Shown here one piece after another: positions 50,085 through 60,828 of a DNA stretch of 64,000 nucleotides (positions are counted from its first letter, which is position 1; every line of letters starts with the position of its first letter). Both the position numbers and the translations under genes were made by a program. Source of the stretch: Candidatus Bathyarchaeia archaeon (GTDB taxonomy: Archaea > Thermoproteota > Bathyarchaeia > Bathyarchaeales > Bathycorpusculaceae); assembly GCA_049516875.1 (NCBI GenBank), contig JBEKSS010000007.1:1-64000 (forward strand), given 5' to 3'. The notes under the pieces were generated by a model. The model was given only the letters and a program-made list of their open reading frames with translations, was not told where the DNA came from and ran no database searches.

Positions 50085-50316
50085 CTTCATCAATCAGCCA
50101 CAGTTGTCATAGTATTGACGTGGGCGATGAGAATCGCGGCTGTCCCGCGCCAGCATTGCCTGTCACTGGAGGACAAAACAATGGAAAATGCTGTTTTTCT
50201 AGGAAGCACAACCGAGGAGATATTGGTATTTGAAAAGGAAGATAATGTCAGACAGACAAGTTACTTATATGGTTGAGTGAGAAATTGTGTCTCTGAGAAT
50301 AAGGAGGATGTGTGAA

Positions 50317-52734
50317 ATGGTTGACGAGTTGTCTGCAGAAGAGCTGAGAAAAGAATGTAACTCCAACCTCATGCAATGTAAGACCACACAAGGGTTGATG
50401 CCTCTTCAAGAGATTATCGGCCAAGAAAGGGCTGTCAGAGCACTCAAATTCGGACTGGGCATCAAGGAAATCGGGTTTAACATATATGTTGCTGGCTTCC
50501 CCGGAACAGGCAGAACAACGGCTGTAAAGAGCTTTCTAGAAGAAGTGGCCCGAACAGGTCCGGTTCCCTCTGACTGGTGCTATGTGAATAACTTTCGCAA
50601 CTCCTATGAGCCCAAAGCCATGAAGCTCCCTGCTGGCAAAGGGAGACACTTTCGAGATGACATGGCCACTTTCATCAGTGAAACACAGAGGATTCTACCG
50701 AAATCTTTTGAAAGCGAGGACTACGGCACAAGAAGGGCGGCTACCATCAGGGCTGTTGAGGAGGAAAGACAAAAACTCATCGCTCAACTGGCGAAACGGG
50801 CCCAAGAAGAGGGCTTCCTCTTGAAGGCGTCACCCGTGGGTTGGCTTATGATTCCAGTGATCAAAGGAAAACCTGTGAACGATCAAGAATTCATAGCGTT
50901 AGACCCGAAAACCCGCGAAGGAATCGAGAAGAAAAGAGAGCAGCTGACCGACCAATTCAAAAGTGCCATGGGGCAACTCAGAGAATTGGAAGGAAAAGCC
51001 GACGAAGATCTCAAGAGACTGAATCGTGAAGTTGCCCTTTTCGCCATTGGACATATCATGGCTGACTTAAAAGAGGAGTACAAGGATTTCCCAGATGTGA
51101 TTGCCTACATTGACGAGGTGCAGAATGACATTTTGGCCAGGCTGTCACAGTTCATAAAGGGTCCTGAAGAGTCTCCAACAGTTCCTTTTCCAACTCATTG
51201 GATGAGGGAGGCCCCGTTCAAAAAATATGAAGTGAACCTTATCGTTGATAACTCGGGCGTCAGTGGAGCCCCCGTAGTCATGGAGTTCAACCCCACGTAT
51301 CAAAATCTCCTCGGTAGAGTAGAGAAGGAAGCTCAGTTTGGCGCCCTCGTTACCGATTTCACCATGATCCGCGGCGGATCGTTGCACAAGGCTAACGGTG
51401 GATATCTAATTCTTCCAGTTGAAGAGTTGCTTCGCAACCCTTTCTCCTATGACGGTTTGAAAAGAGCCCTCAGACACGAGCACATAGTTATCGAAGAGGC
51501 AGAAGAGAGTCTAGGTTTCATTACGACAAAGAGCTTGAAACCTGAGCCAATTCCTCTAAACACTAAGGTCATCCTCATCGGAGACCCCTACCTCTACCAG
51601 CAATTGTACGTCTTGGACATGGATTTCAACCAACTCTTCAAGGTTAAGGCAGACTTTGACACAACCATGGACTGGACAGAAGAAAACATACAACAATACG
51701 CGGCTTTCGTCTGTACGCTATGCCAAAAAGAGAGCCTGAAGCACCTTGACGGCTCAGGCTTGGCCAAATTGATTGAACACAGTTCAAGACTGGCTGAGGA
51801 CCAACAGAAACTTTCCACTCGGTTCGCCGAGGTCGCCGATGTCATTCGTGAAGCCAACTTCTACGCCGCCCAAGAGAACTCTGAATTCGTTACCGGAACT
51901 CACGTGAAGAAAGCCATCGAAGAGAAGGTCTACCGTTCAAAACTCATTCAAGAGCAGATTCAAGAGATGATAAAGAGAGGAATCCTGCTCATCGACACAG
52001 ACACAGAAAATGTGGGACAAGTGAACGGTCTATCCGTGATAGACTTGGGTGACTTTGCCTTTGGCAGTCCTTCGCGCGTAACGGCCACTGTGGGCCTCGG
52101 CCGAGAAGGAGTCATCGACATTGAACGGGAAGCCAAAACAGGAGGACCTATCCACACCAAGGGAGTTCTGATTCTAAGCGGGTACCTAAACGAGAAGTAT
52201 GCGCAGGATAAGCCGCTTAGTCTGTCAGCCCGTCTCGTTTTTGAACAGAACTATGGGGGAGTGGAAGGTGACAGCGCCTCAAGCACGGAACTCTACGCCA
52301 TCCTGTCCGCCCTTTCTGAGCTGCCTATAAAGCAAAGCCTTGCCGTCACTGGCTCCGTGAACCAGAAAGGCGAGGTTCAAGCCATCGGCGGGGTGAACGA
52401 AAAAATCGAAGGCTTCTTTGAGGTTTGCAAAGCCAAAGGCTTCACTGGCAAACAAGGAGCGATGATACCGCAAAGCAACGTGCAAAACCTGATGCTGAAG
52501 GAGGAAATAGTGGAGGCCGTCAAGGAAGGAAAATTCCATATCTACTCCGTTAAAACCATTGACGAAGGAATAGAAATCCTAACCGGAATCAAAGCCGGCG
52601 CAAGGCAGAATGACGGAACCTTTGAAAAAGAAACCGTGAACTACAGAGCAGACAAACGCCTCAGAGAAATGGCTGAAAAACTTCGAGAATTCCCACAGTT
52701 TTCCGTGGAAGAGAAGAAAAAAAGTGAGAGTTAA
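50317..52734 (+). CDS. LonC-type (AAA_32) Lon protease
   Basis: IGQERA, LHKANGGYL, GQVNGL, GDSAS catalytic Ser, EKIEGFF; degenerate Walker A GTGRTT. Confidence 0.92.
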   Translation: MVDELSAEELRKECNSNLMQCKTTQGLMPLQEIIGQERAVRALKFGLGIKEIGFNIYVAGFPGTGRTTAVKSFLEEVARTGPVPSDWCYVNNFRNSYEPKAMKLPAGKGRHFRDDMATFISETQRILPKSFESEDYGTRRAATIRAVEEERQKLIAQLAKRAQEEGFLLKASPVGWLMIPVIKGKPVNDQEFIALDPKTREGIEKKREQLTDQFKSAMGQLRELEGKADEDLKRLNREVALFAIGHIMADLKEEYKDFPDVIAYIDEVQNDILARLSQFIKGPEESPTVPFPTHWMREAPFKKYEVNLIVDNSGVSGAPVVMEFNPTYQNLLGRVEKEAQFGALVTDFTMIRGGSLHKANGGYLILPVEELLRNPFSYDGLKRALRHEHIVIEEAEESLGFITTKSLKPEPIPLNTKVILIGDPYLYQQLYVLDMDFNQLFKVKADFDTTMDWTEENIQQYAAFVCTLCQKESLKHLDGSGLAKLIEHSSRLAEDQQKLSTRFAEVADVIREANFYAAQENSEFVTGTHVKKAIEEKVYRSKLIQEQIQEMIKRGILLIDTDTENVGQVNGLSVIDLGDFAFGSPSRVTATVGLGREGVIDIEREAKTGGPIHTKGVLILSGYLNEKYAQDKPLSLSARLVFEQNYGGVEGDSASSTELYAILSALSELPIKQSLAVTGSVNQKGEVQAIGGVNEKIEGFFEVCKAKGFTGKQGAMIPQSNVQNLMLKEEIVEAVKEGKFHIYSVKTIDEGIEILTGIKAGARQNDGTFEKETVNYRADKRLREMAEKLREFPQFSVEEKKKSES

Positions 52735-52974
52735 CCGAAACTCGTCTCCGTGGATGATGCGCGCACGGCACAATCTTGGCTGCTAACCCAATTGGCCTTG
52801 GCGTGGCTACAATCATCATAGAGGTGTGATGCTCCTCAAAGGATGATCTAGAAATAACGGCGAGGCCATGTGCACTAGGCGATGCGTATTCGTCAACACA
52901 GACGGCATGAAGTTGGGGCATCTGTCTATCAATTTGTTTCGCAAGATCACGCTTGGGATTATCTAATCGTCTAA

Positions 52975-53787
52975 TTACCGACTTCGTTCCAGTGCTTTTT
53001 CCACGGCTTCTCGTATCGTGAAGCCGCCAAGGTGAAGTATCGGCTCTTTCGATTCAGGATCAACACCCATCGTTGCGGTGCATGGGTAACTATGGTGGGC
53101 TTTTGCGATCGCATCATAGAGAGTTTCTTTCTCTGTTTCCACTCCGGTCAGTTTTCTTGCGACGTACCATGTTGAGCCGCACGGTGCGCTTCGTCTGACC
53201 ACTGCAGCCTCTATCACCTCGCACTTGCCTTTCTTCGCAGTCGAAATTTCTAACACAGGTTTCCCGATCCTTAATTCGGTAACGCACCTCGAAATCGTAG
53301 GTTTGTTCTCAGAAGGTTCCAGCGAACAGAAGGGTTTCGGGAAGGCGCTTTCAAGACCAAGCTCTTGACATTTTTCCTCCACCTGCCTCCTCAAGCCAGC
53401 GGGGACCTCCACAAAATCTTCTATGGGCACGATGAGCCCCTTCACCCCTGCTCCGTGCAATCTGTTCGGCAACTCCAACAGCAAATCTTTGTGCAGCCCA
53501 GATGCTACGCACAAGTCTGCTTTCGGAATTTTCTTAGGCATATGTTCATCGGCGTTGTCGATGAAGGCTGGAAGTTTCGCGGGACCTGGCAGTTCCATCG
53601 CTGCTTTTACGTTCTGAACGTGAGTGTAGGCGCCGTACTTGCAGGAATCACAGTACAGTCCGCACGGTTTGCAGAAGCTTGGATCGTTGATGAGGTTCCT
53701 TATCACGCGTTCTGCAAATTCTCCGCTGTAAACGAAAACCAGAGCTAAAGCTTTCTCTTTGCCCGAGGGGTTCAAGCTTTTTTCCAC
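52975..53787 (-). CDS. DUF166-family protein
   Basis: PKPFCSL, RSAPCGST, HHSYPC.A.M. Confidence 0.8.
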   Translation of the reverse strand: MEKSLNPSGKEKALALVFVYSGEFAERVIRNLINDPSFCKPCGLYCDSCKYGAYTHVQNVKAAMELPGPAKLPAFIDNADEHMPKKIPKADLCVASGLHKDLLLELPNRLHGAGVKGLIVPIEDFVEVPAGLRRQVEEKCQELGLESAFPKPFCSLEPSENKPTISRCVTELRIGKPVLEISTAKKGKCEVIEAAVVRRSAPCGSTWYVARKLTGVETEKETLYDAIAKAHHSYPCTATMGVDPESKEPILHLGGFTIREAVEKALERSR

Positions 53788-53897
53788 ATGAAAATTTTAC
53801 GCAGGCCACATTCTTTACGCTTTCCCTTTCAGCGTGAGTAGCGTCCTGACCATGCTTCGTTGCTGTGAAAACGAGCAATAGCGTCAAGACCAGTTCT

Positions 53898-54377
53898 TCA
53901 CGGCGCCTTCCTCTTGAGTCGTTTAAGGTAGTCTTCGGGTTCGGGAAAGACTTCTTTGACTTTCTCAAAGCGTTTTCTCGTGTTGATCTTGTTTTGTTGA
54001 GTTATGAAGTCTCTTGGTTTGCTGAAGGCTTCGACTTGACCAGTTGGTCTTTTTCTCGTGATTTTTATGCAGTCATCAACTATGCAGCTCAGAACGCATG
54101 CTCCGCAGTATATGCAGAGCTCTTCTGTCAGTCCGATTTCCCCCGCTTTCCAGAATAAGGCATTCGTTGGGCATGCTTTTATGCAGAGTTTGCATTCGAC
54201 GCCGTGACAAATCCTCTTGTTGATGGTTATGCTTCCTTCAACAAAGAAGTCTTTCGCGCCTAAAGGTGCGAGAAGCTCCTCCCTTCTTTTCTTCTTCTCT
54301 TTTTCGCCAACACTCTCTAAGAGTTCGAATATGTCCACGCCGGAAGACTTCTCGCCTTTCTTGGGCATCTGTTTCAT
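53898..54377 (-). CDS. 4Fe-4S dicluster ferredoxin-like protein
   Basis: C.G.ECKLCIKACP; CIYCGACVLSC. Confidence 0.9.
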   Translation of the reverse strand: MKQMPKKGEKSSGVDIFELLESVGEKEKKKRREELLAPLGAKDFFVEGSITINKRICHGVECKLCIKACPTNALFWKAGEIGLTEELCIYCGACVLSCIVDDCIKITRKRPTGQVEAFSKPRDFITQQNKINTRKRFEKVKEVFPEPEDYLKRLKRKAP

Positions 54378-54648
54378 CTTACACTAGTGGTCATCGAAAC
54401 GTTTGTTAGACTTATGAATTATAACTATCAGATCTTAACCCTAAATGCGCATTGGTCCGCGGCCATGAGCATCGTATGACGGCAAGAATGGGAGATTCTC
54501 CAAATCATCATCGGTTTGCCCCTTTCCTTCAATTTTTCCCTAGCACAATCGATACAGACTCATGTGTTTGTGCCGTGTTTTTTCAAATAAGAAAGAGCAA
54601 GTGTTTTATATGAAGTGTGGGAATCTGAAAGAACCAAACAGGTGAGAT

Positions 54649-55656
54649 TTGATGTCTGACAAAGTTGGTGTCGCTGTCGTTGGAGTAGGGTTCGTGGGCG
54701 GGCAGGCACACGTACCCAGTTTCAAGAAGATCGAGGGCTCAGAACTTGTTGCTCTGGGAGCCACCACCGAGAAACGGGTAAAGCCTCTTGCTGAACAGTA
54801 CGGTGTCAAGTACTATTTGGATTACGACAAACTCTTGGAAGACCCAAAGATTCAGGCAGTGGCCCTGGCGGTTCCTACGCCTATGCATTTCGATTTAGCT
54901 ATGAAAGCAATCAAAAAAGGCAAGCACGTTCTTTGTGAGATGCCCCTTGCCGCAACCATAGATAAGGTCAAAGAACTTCAGAAGGCCGCTGAAAATGCCA
55001 AGGTGATTCTGATGCCTGTTCTTCAGTTCCGATTTGCACCTATATACACCAGGACAAAAGAAATGATAGAATCCGGCTTGATCGGCAAGCCGATAGCTTT
55101 TCACTTCCGTGAATTCATACCCGCTTCAAGCATCGCCGAGCAATGGCCAGCAGGATCTTGGGCTTGGAACATCGAAAAAAGTGGGGGGTACCCTGACTTC
55201 ACCCTTTCCGTCTGGTCTATAGACATGTTCAGATGGCTGTTCAAGAGCGAAATAGAAAACGTCCAATGGATGGCAAACTACCCCAAATTTGAGAAATACG
55301 GAGGAATATTGGGCTACAACACGATGGGCGTAGTAAAACTCTCAAACGGCGCCGTGGGTTCACTTCATTACAGTGCATCAGTAACGCCGTCGGCAAGCAC
55401 CAGCAGACTGGAGGTCTACGGCGACAACACAAACGTTATCCACGCCATCTGGTTCAACAAGCTACTCCTATACGGGTCAGGTCAACAACCGCAAGAATGG
55501 GATTTAGACGTCAAAGGCACCAGAGTCTGGGGACACCGTCAACTGGACGAACACTTCATAGACTGCGTCCTCCACAACAAGAAACCCCAAGTGACGGCTG
55601 AAGACGCCATAAAAGCCGAAGAAGTTGCACTGAAAATAGTGAAAAACATAAGGTAG
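54649..55656 (+). CDS. Gfo/Idh/MocA oxidoreductase
   Basis: VAVVGVGFVG, P...H, KHVLCEMP. Confidence 0.9.
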   Translation: MMSDKVGVAVVGVGFVGGQAHVPSFKKIEGSELVALGATTEKRVKPLAEQYGVKYYLDYDKLLEDPKIQAVALAVPTPMHFDLAMKAIKKGKHVLCEMPLAATIDKVKELQKAAENAKVILMPVLQFRFAPIYTRTKEMIESGLIGKPIAFHFREFIPASSIAEQWPAGSWAWNIEKSGGYPDFTLSVWSIDMFRWLFKSEIENVQWMANYPKFEKYGGILGYNTMGVVKLSNGAVGSLHYSASVTPSASTSRLEVYGDNTNVIHAIWFNKLLLYGSGQQPQEWDLDVKGTRVWGHRQLDEHFIDCVLHNKKPQVTAEDAIKAEEVALKIVKNIR

Positions 55657-55770
55657 GACCGCAGTCGGCCAAAACTCTTCCCGTATCGGGTGAGACCGAC
55701 AATCCAATATTCTTCCAAAGAAGAAGTTTATAGCCAAGTCAACCTTTTTCTCTCTAGGTGGTAGAGAAGT

Positions 55771-55950
55771 ATGTGCGAATTCAAGGTGATTCTTAACGGA
55801 GAAACGGTGTTTAAAGACGTCGTCTACGCCAAGGTCAAAGGCAACAGTGTAAGCGTCAAAGACATCCTTGGGCAATCTAAAGAATTCAAGAACTGCAAAA
55901 TACTAGAAGTCGATGTGAACTCTACGCGTTTAGTCCTTTCAAGCCCTTAG
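55771..55950 (+). CDS. cooT: CooT-family nickel-binding protein
   Basis: MCEFKVILNGETVFKDV...KDILG...EVD; Cys2 signature; below track cutoff. Confidence 0.8.
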   Translation: MCEFKVILNGETVFKDVVYAKVKGNSVSVKDILGQSKEFKNCKILEVDVNSTRLVLSSP

Positions 55951-56053
55951 AAATGGATTGAGAGCAAACTCTGATGACGTAAACGATGCTTTACCGAGAC
56001 GTAGACTAAACAACCTCTAGCGGTCGGTCAAGGAAAAGAATGAGCGATTGCAC

Positions 56054-58030
56054 TTACCACCTTTGAAGCCGCTTTTCCTTCTCTAACAAGATGGTGGCAA
56101 TCAGAGCTGAAGCCATGAATGCTGCCAGTGAAATGGTGGCCAGTGGGAATTCTGGAACCACGGTAACTGGATAGCTTAACGTACAGATGTTGTTTTGCAC
56201 GTTTGTTTCTCCTGGAACTGTGCCTGCGACAGCTTTCAGGGTGTGGTCCGCGAAGGATATTCCAGTAGTGTTCCATTCAAAAGTCAAAATCTGCGAATCG
56301 CTAGCGTTAAGGGTCAGGGACTGAAGGCCCACTTCTGCAGAATCGCAGTATAGGGTTACGTTGAATGTTTCGGTATAGTTGCCGAGGTTCGACACTGTCA
56401 CGTTGATTGGTGCAGTCTGATTTTGCTCTATCATAGTTGCGCTTGGCACAATGTTGATGGCAGCCACGTCGTGTAATGGTACGTTGACGTAGAAGACTTT
56501 CGTGTCCGTCACGTTTGCAGTCCCGTTGCCGTCAAAAAAGTATATTTTCCAAGCTATTGCCGCGGAGGTGATTGTGTTGTTGCACCAGACAAACTTCGCC
56601 GTCACCCACGTGTTCGAAGCATCTCCAAGATACTGGGGCTGTGTCAAGGGCCATCTAACATATTCGACGCCCTGCTCTGAGACGCTTGTGTGAACTTGGT
56701 TGTGGCAGAACATGGGCCAATCCCCAGAGCCAGGGCCTATCTTGAAAGCGTAGAGTCCTGCATCGTTTGTGATGAACACGCAACCATCGCCGATGCTGGG
56801 ACTTCCAAAGCCAGTACTCTGCAATGTGTAGGACCAGAGTACGCCGCCATCAGTTTCGTTTATTGCGTAGAACGTTCCGTTCAAGGCTTGACAGTAGATG
56901 GCGCCGGCGGCAGATGCTGGACTGCAGTACATGTAGTTTTGTAGGAATCCGTTGTGAAGCGGTACGGTCTGCCACAGTTCTATTCCTGTCGTTAGGTCGA
57001 AAGCCCACATTCTCCAATCGTTGCTGGGAATGAACACCTTGCCATCATGAACCAATGGAGTTGCTGTGCTTCCTTTCCCTTGAAATCGCCGAATAAACTG
57101 CCCGTTTGTTTCGTTCAGCACCAAAGTCGACCATAATCTTTCAGTTGCGTTGTATTCAACCTGAATTATCATTCCATCGTAGATTACAGGCGACGTGTCC
57201 CATGAGCTTCCATACGTTTGATTCCAGACTTGCTTTCCTGTCGTTGCGTTGAATGCGTACTGGGCTGGTGGATTGTAAACTGAAATGAAGACCATGTCGC
57301 TGTCATAGGCTACGGAGCCTATGATGTTTCCTATGTCTTGACGCCACACTACGTCCCCAGTGGTCTTATTCAAAGCATAGACTCCGCAGCCAGTTGTGTA
57401 GTAAGACGTGTTGTAGCAAGATGTCGTGTAGTACACATATTCGCCGTTAACTAGCGGCGACCCAACCCAAGTGTTGTTGTTTGGCTCTATGAAATTCCAG
57501 ATATCTTCTCCATTCGTCCTGTTCAGTGCCATGGCTCTCGCTGAGGGCGTGGGTTCTCCGTATACTCCCATACATTCTCCAACGTAAACAACATCGCCAT
57601 CTATGCATGGAGACCCATCACATTGCCTGACCGTTGTGTTCCAAATTATGACGCCGTTCGAGGCGTTTACTGCGTAAAGGTGGTTGTCTCCTTTGGAAGG
57701 AGCGTAGAGTACGCCATCTCTGTAAGTCGCTGTGCCAAAGTTGTCAAACCCGAAGACAGCGTCCTGCATCCACAGAAGTGCACTTGTCGTCTCATTTTTC
57801 CAAGTTCCAGTTTCATTCGTTGAAAGAACAGCTTGGTGTAAAGAAAAAGCGTCCGACCCATCTGCTTGAAGACTGACATATCCGCCTTGCGGAATCACCA
57901 TCGCGTCTTGCTTCTGTTCTCTCCATTGTGGAGTGTCGCCTGTGCTCCCGCGAACTCTCACACTGGTAGCATACAATCCAATAATTGACAGGAAAATTAC
58001 GGCGGACAACATGACAAAACGCTTGCGCAT
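56054..58030 (-). CDS. Secreted PQQ-like beta-propeller protein with CARDB domain and PEF-CTERM-like anchor
   Basis: Repeated A.N..G..W; HDVA..NVTV.N.G.YTETFNV; VVPEFP + TM. Confidence 0.85.
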   Translation of the reverse strand: MRKRFVMLSAVIFLSIIGLYATSVRVRGSTGDTPQWREQKQDAMVIPQGGYVSLQADGSDAFSLHQAVLSTNETGTWKNETTSALLWMQDAVFGFDNFGTATYRDGVLYAPSKGDNHLYAVNASNGVIIWNTTVRQCDGSPCIDGDVVYVGECMGVYGEPTPSARAMALNRTNGEDIWNFIEPNNNTWVGSPLVNGEYVYYTTSCYNTSYYTTGCGVYALNKTTGDVVWRQDIGNIIGSVAYDSDMVFISVYNPPAQYAFNATTGKQVWNQTYGSSWDTSPVIYDGMIIQVEYNATERLWSTLVLNETNGQFIRRFQGKGSTATPLVHDGKVFIPSNDWRMWAFDLTTGIELWQTVPLHNGFLQNYMYCSPASAAGAIYCQALNGTFYAINETDGGVLWSYTLQSTGFGSPSIGDGCVFITNDAGLYAFKIGPGSGDWPMFCHNQVHTSVSEQGVEYVRWPLTQPQYLGDASNTWVTAKFVWCNNTITSAAIAWKIYFFDGNGTANVTDTKVFYVNVPLHDVAAINIVPSATMIEQNQTAPINVTVSNLGNYTETFNVTLYCDSAEVGLQSLTLNASDSQILTFEWNTTGISFADHTLKAVAGTVPGETNVQNNICTLSYPVTVVPEFPLATISLAAFMASALIATILLEKEKRLQRW

Positions 58031-58117
58031 ACTTCAATCTCTCCGACATCTCTTGATTTAATCAGGAATTTAAGTCTGTCGCTAGTTCATTTTTGTCTTA
58101 GCTTCCTTTTAGGGTCG

Positions 58118-58954
58118 TTACAGGAAGAGCAAAATGATAAGTGGTAAAAGGCCTAGCAACACTGGGAAGGGCAATCCTGGAAACATGCCTCTTTTTTCCA
58201 GCATCTTGAAGACTAGGAAAACCCCAACTAGAACGCCTATTGCTGAGGCAGCGCAGAAGATTGGACCAGCGTTTGCGAGAACCAGACCTGTAAGCATCGA
58301 ATAGAACGTAAGGTCACCCAGCCCCATTTGAACATCTCTGAAAGAGAAACTTAATCCGCGAAGTTCTTCAAGTCCGCGTTGAGCTATCTTTCCCACAGGA
58401 CCGCGGTAAACAGCAAATACATCATAAACAGCCAAGAAAGCCAGAATCAACACCGCACTTATGATAGGTATGAAAACTCCCAGAAACGCACCTAACGCAC
58501 CACCCAAAAGAAGAATCACCAGGTTGGAAATCTTTCCCTGAATCTTGAAGATTGCAAAATCCGCCAAGACCGTTACAGACGCAGACACTGCCAAAGTCAA
58601 GATCAAAGCAGTCGTGAAGGGTACGCCGAGCAAAGAGAATATCGCAAACAGATAGATAATTGAAAGCATGAGAACAGCAACTGTCAAGGCGAAGCCAGTG
58701 ATTAAGCTTATCAACCGCAGTTTCTTCCGTTTAATGAGTAGATACAACAGTGTCGCGCCGATTCCAGCAAGTATGACAAAGTAGAGTCCATTGCCGAGCG
58801 ATCCTACGCCTTCTGGGAAGGGCGTGACTTGGTAAAGGTTAGTATTTCCTTGCACAATCGATGTCCAGACCACGTAAGCACACAGTATCCCGAACACCAG
58901 GCTTCCTAGCACAGGCAACAATTGTATTGGTTCAGTCTTAAACTCGTTTCTCAA
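58118..58954 (-). CDS. Presenilin-like GxGD aspartyl protease
   Basis: AVYD, MGLGD, PGLP. Confidence 0.88.
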   Translation of the reverse strand: MRNEFKTEPIQLLPVLGSLVFGILCAYVVWTSIVQGNTNLYQVTPFPEGVGSLGNGLYFVILAGIGATLLYLLIKRKKLRLISLITGFALTVAVLMLSIIYLFAIFSLLGVPFTTALILTLAVSASVTVLADFAIFKIQGKISNLVILLLGGALGAFLGVFIPIISAVLILAFLAVYDVFAVYRGPVGKIAQRGLEELRGLSFSFRDVQMGLGDLTFYSMLTGLVLANAGPIFCAASAIGVLVGVFLVFKMLEKRGMFPGLPFPVLLGLLPLIILLFL

Positions 58955-59507
58955 GAACCTTACCCTTGTCCGCGGTTATCATCGTTTTCAAATAACATTT
59001 GTTGCAGAATAAGCTTTGCTTTCTGTCGGTTTCGAAGATGGAGTTGGAAAAATACATGACACAAAACGGGTTAGCACAATGTTTCAATCCTAGAGTGTGT
59101 CCAAGCTCATGAACTGCTTCTTTCGTTCCTCTTTCAGCAAGAACCTGATTGTCCTCGGCCTTTCCGTAAAACTCGGGTCTGAGTCTCCACAGCGATATGG
59201 CAGCTACTTTTCCAGGATATTCCGCTTCTCCAAAAATGAAATTGAGCTTGGGAACAAAAAGGTCAACGTCCACGATTCCTAGGATACGATCGAAGGAATT
59301 GTGCGTTTCACCGAAGTTGCGGATTGCGCCTAAGATGAACTCAGAACGGTATTGTTGTCTCGTCTTGGCGTAGGCTTCTTCAGGTATCGGCAAAGTTTCT
59401 GCGATTAAAGTGGTTTTTGTATTGGCAAAAATCGTGTCCAAGCCTTCTTGAATTCTGCTTATCACGCTAGAATCCACTTGTCCAACCCGCACTATTCCAA
59501 TTTTCAT
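58938..59507 (-). CDS. amzA: Archaemetzincin
   Basis: HELGHTLGLKHC..CVM.FSNS...C..C. Confidence 0.93.
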   Translation of the reverse strand: MKIGIVRVGQVDSSVISRIQEGLDTIFANTKTTLIAETLPIPEEAYAKTRQQYRSEFILGAIRNFGETHNSFDRILGIVDVDLFVPKLNFIFGEAEYPGKVAAISLWRLRPEFYGKAEDNQVLAERGTKEAVHELGHTLGLKHCANPFCVMYFSNSIFETDRKQSLFCNKCYLKTMITADKGKVLEKRV

Positions 59508-59520
59508 CTTTTCTTTCTCT

Positions 59521-60786
59521 CTAGATCTTGACAGTGTCCCCTGTTTTAGGCGCGACAGCTTCTAGACCCAGTTCATTTTTTGCCCATTTTGCCAGCAGTT
59601 CGCAGTTTCCTTCTGCCCCGTGAACCACGTAGACCTTCGGTTTTCCGCCAAGTCTACTGAGAGCTTCCCTAAGCTCGCCTGCTCCGCAGTGCGACGAGAA
59701 ATCGAAATGCTGCACTTGAGCTTTGACTTTCCGCATTTTTCCATCAATAACGCATATTCCTTTTTCCAGCAATTCCTTTCCCGGAGTGCCTGGAATCTGA
59801 TAGCTTACCAAGAAGATGGCGTTAGTTGATTTCTTTCCGATTTTCGAAGCATAGAACATGGCGGGTCCGCCTTTAAGCATGCCTGCCGGCGAAATTATCA
59901 CGCCCACCGTCTTTGCAGCTCTCCTCCGGTCCCTCCATCCTTCGACCCAGTTCGTAGAGTGCATGGCGTCAGCGAAGGTTCTCTCGTCTCTCAAAAACTG
60001 GGGGTAGTTCATCATTACCCTGCTAACTTCACGTGCCATCCCGTCAATTGTAACTGGGTACTCAAAATGATGAGCTGCCAAAACACACGCGAGTTCTTGT
60101 GATCTTCCAACTCCGAAAGCCGGGACAAGGACCGTGCCGCCTTTTTCCACAACGTCACTACATGTCTCCACAAACCTTTTTTCAAGTTCCTTGCGCTCAG
60201 TGTGCTCCTCATTGGCGTAAGTGCTTTCAATTATCACGGCATCTAGATCTTCATAGTCCATTTTCGCGCCTTCGAGAAGCCTTGTACTTACAATGTTGAA
60301 GTCTCCCGTGTACAGTAGTCTTTTTCCTTCAGCTTCAACGAGTGTTTGTACGCTCCCAGGGATGTGTCCGGCGTTCTTGAACTGGAATACTATGTCTCCA
60401 ACTCTCTGTTCAACGTTGAAATCCACATGTCTGCTGTTCTGTGTCATTGACTTGAGCTCAAGATACTCAAAAGGCAGGTAGTAGCTGGACAGGTGTATGA
60501 AATCTGATATCAACAACTGGTTCAGCTCCATGCTCAGCCTGTTCGTATACAAGGTTTTCTTGCCTTGGACGTAGAATATTGGAATGGCTCCTGAGTGATC
60601 TAGGTGACTATGTGATAGAATTATGGCGTCAACATCCTTAGGCGGTACGTGCATGGGGAACCCTGGCTCATGATTTAACATTGCACCATAATCCAGCAAA
60701 ATTTGTGTTTTCTCCGTTTTAACCGCGATTGCTATTCTGCCAACTTCCCGGGTTCCGCCCAAAAACCCTACCTGCAACTGTCCCAT
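59521..60786 (-). CDS. MBL-fold beta-CASP ribonuclease
   Basis: HSHLDHSG, AGHIPGS, ESTY, FSSH. Confidence 0.92.
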   Translation of the reverse strand: MGQLQVGFLGGTREVGRIAIAVKTEKTQILLDYGAMLNHEPGFPMHVPPKDVDAIILSHSHLDHSGAIPIFYVQGKKTLYTNRLSMELNQLLISDFIHLSSYYLPFEYLELKSMTQNSRHVDFNVEQRVGDIVFQFKNAGHIPGSVQTLVEAEGKRLLYTGDFNIVSTRLLEGAKMDYEDLDAVIIESTYANEEHTERKELEKRFVETCSDVVEKGGTVLVPAFGVGRSQELACVLAAHHFEYPVTIDGMAREVSRVMMNYPQFLRDERTFADAMHSTNWVEGWRDRRRAAKTVGVIISPAGMLKGGPAMFYASKIGKKSTNAIFLVSYQIPGTPGKELLEKGICVIDGKMRKVKAQVQHFDFSSHCGAGELREALSRLGGKPKVYVVHGAEGNCELLAKWAKNELGLEAVAPKTGDTVKI

Positions 60787-60828
60787 TTCTTTTCATCCGC
60801 CAGTTCATTATTCATGCTTTGCGCTCTT

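Noticed and set aside
41479-52080. 6-7 nt GC runs inside core genes (41479, 45085, 48333, 49971, 52072)
   Set aside because: Explained by Ala/Arg codons at background frequency; not counted as tracts.
43323-52539. Many antisense ORFs over the cdh and lon genes
   Set aside because: Shadow ORFs of well-supported genes.
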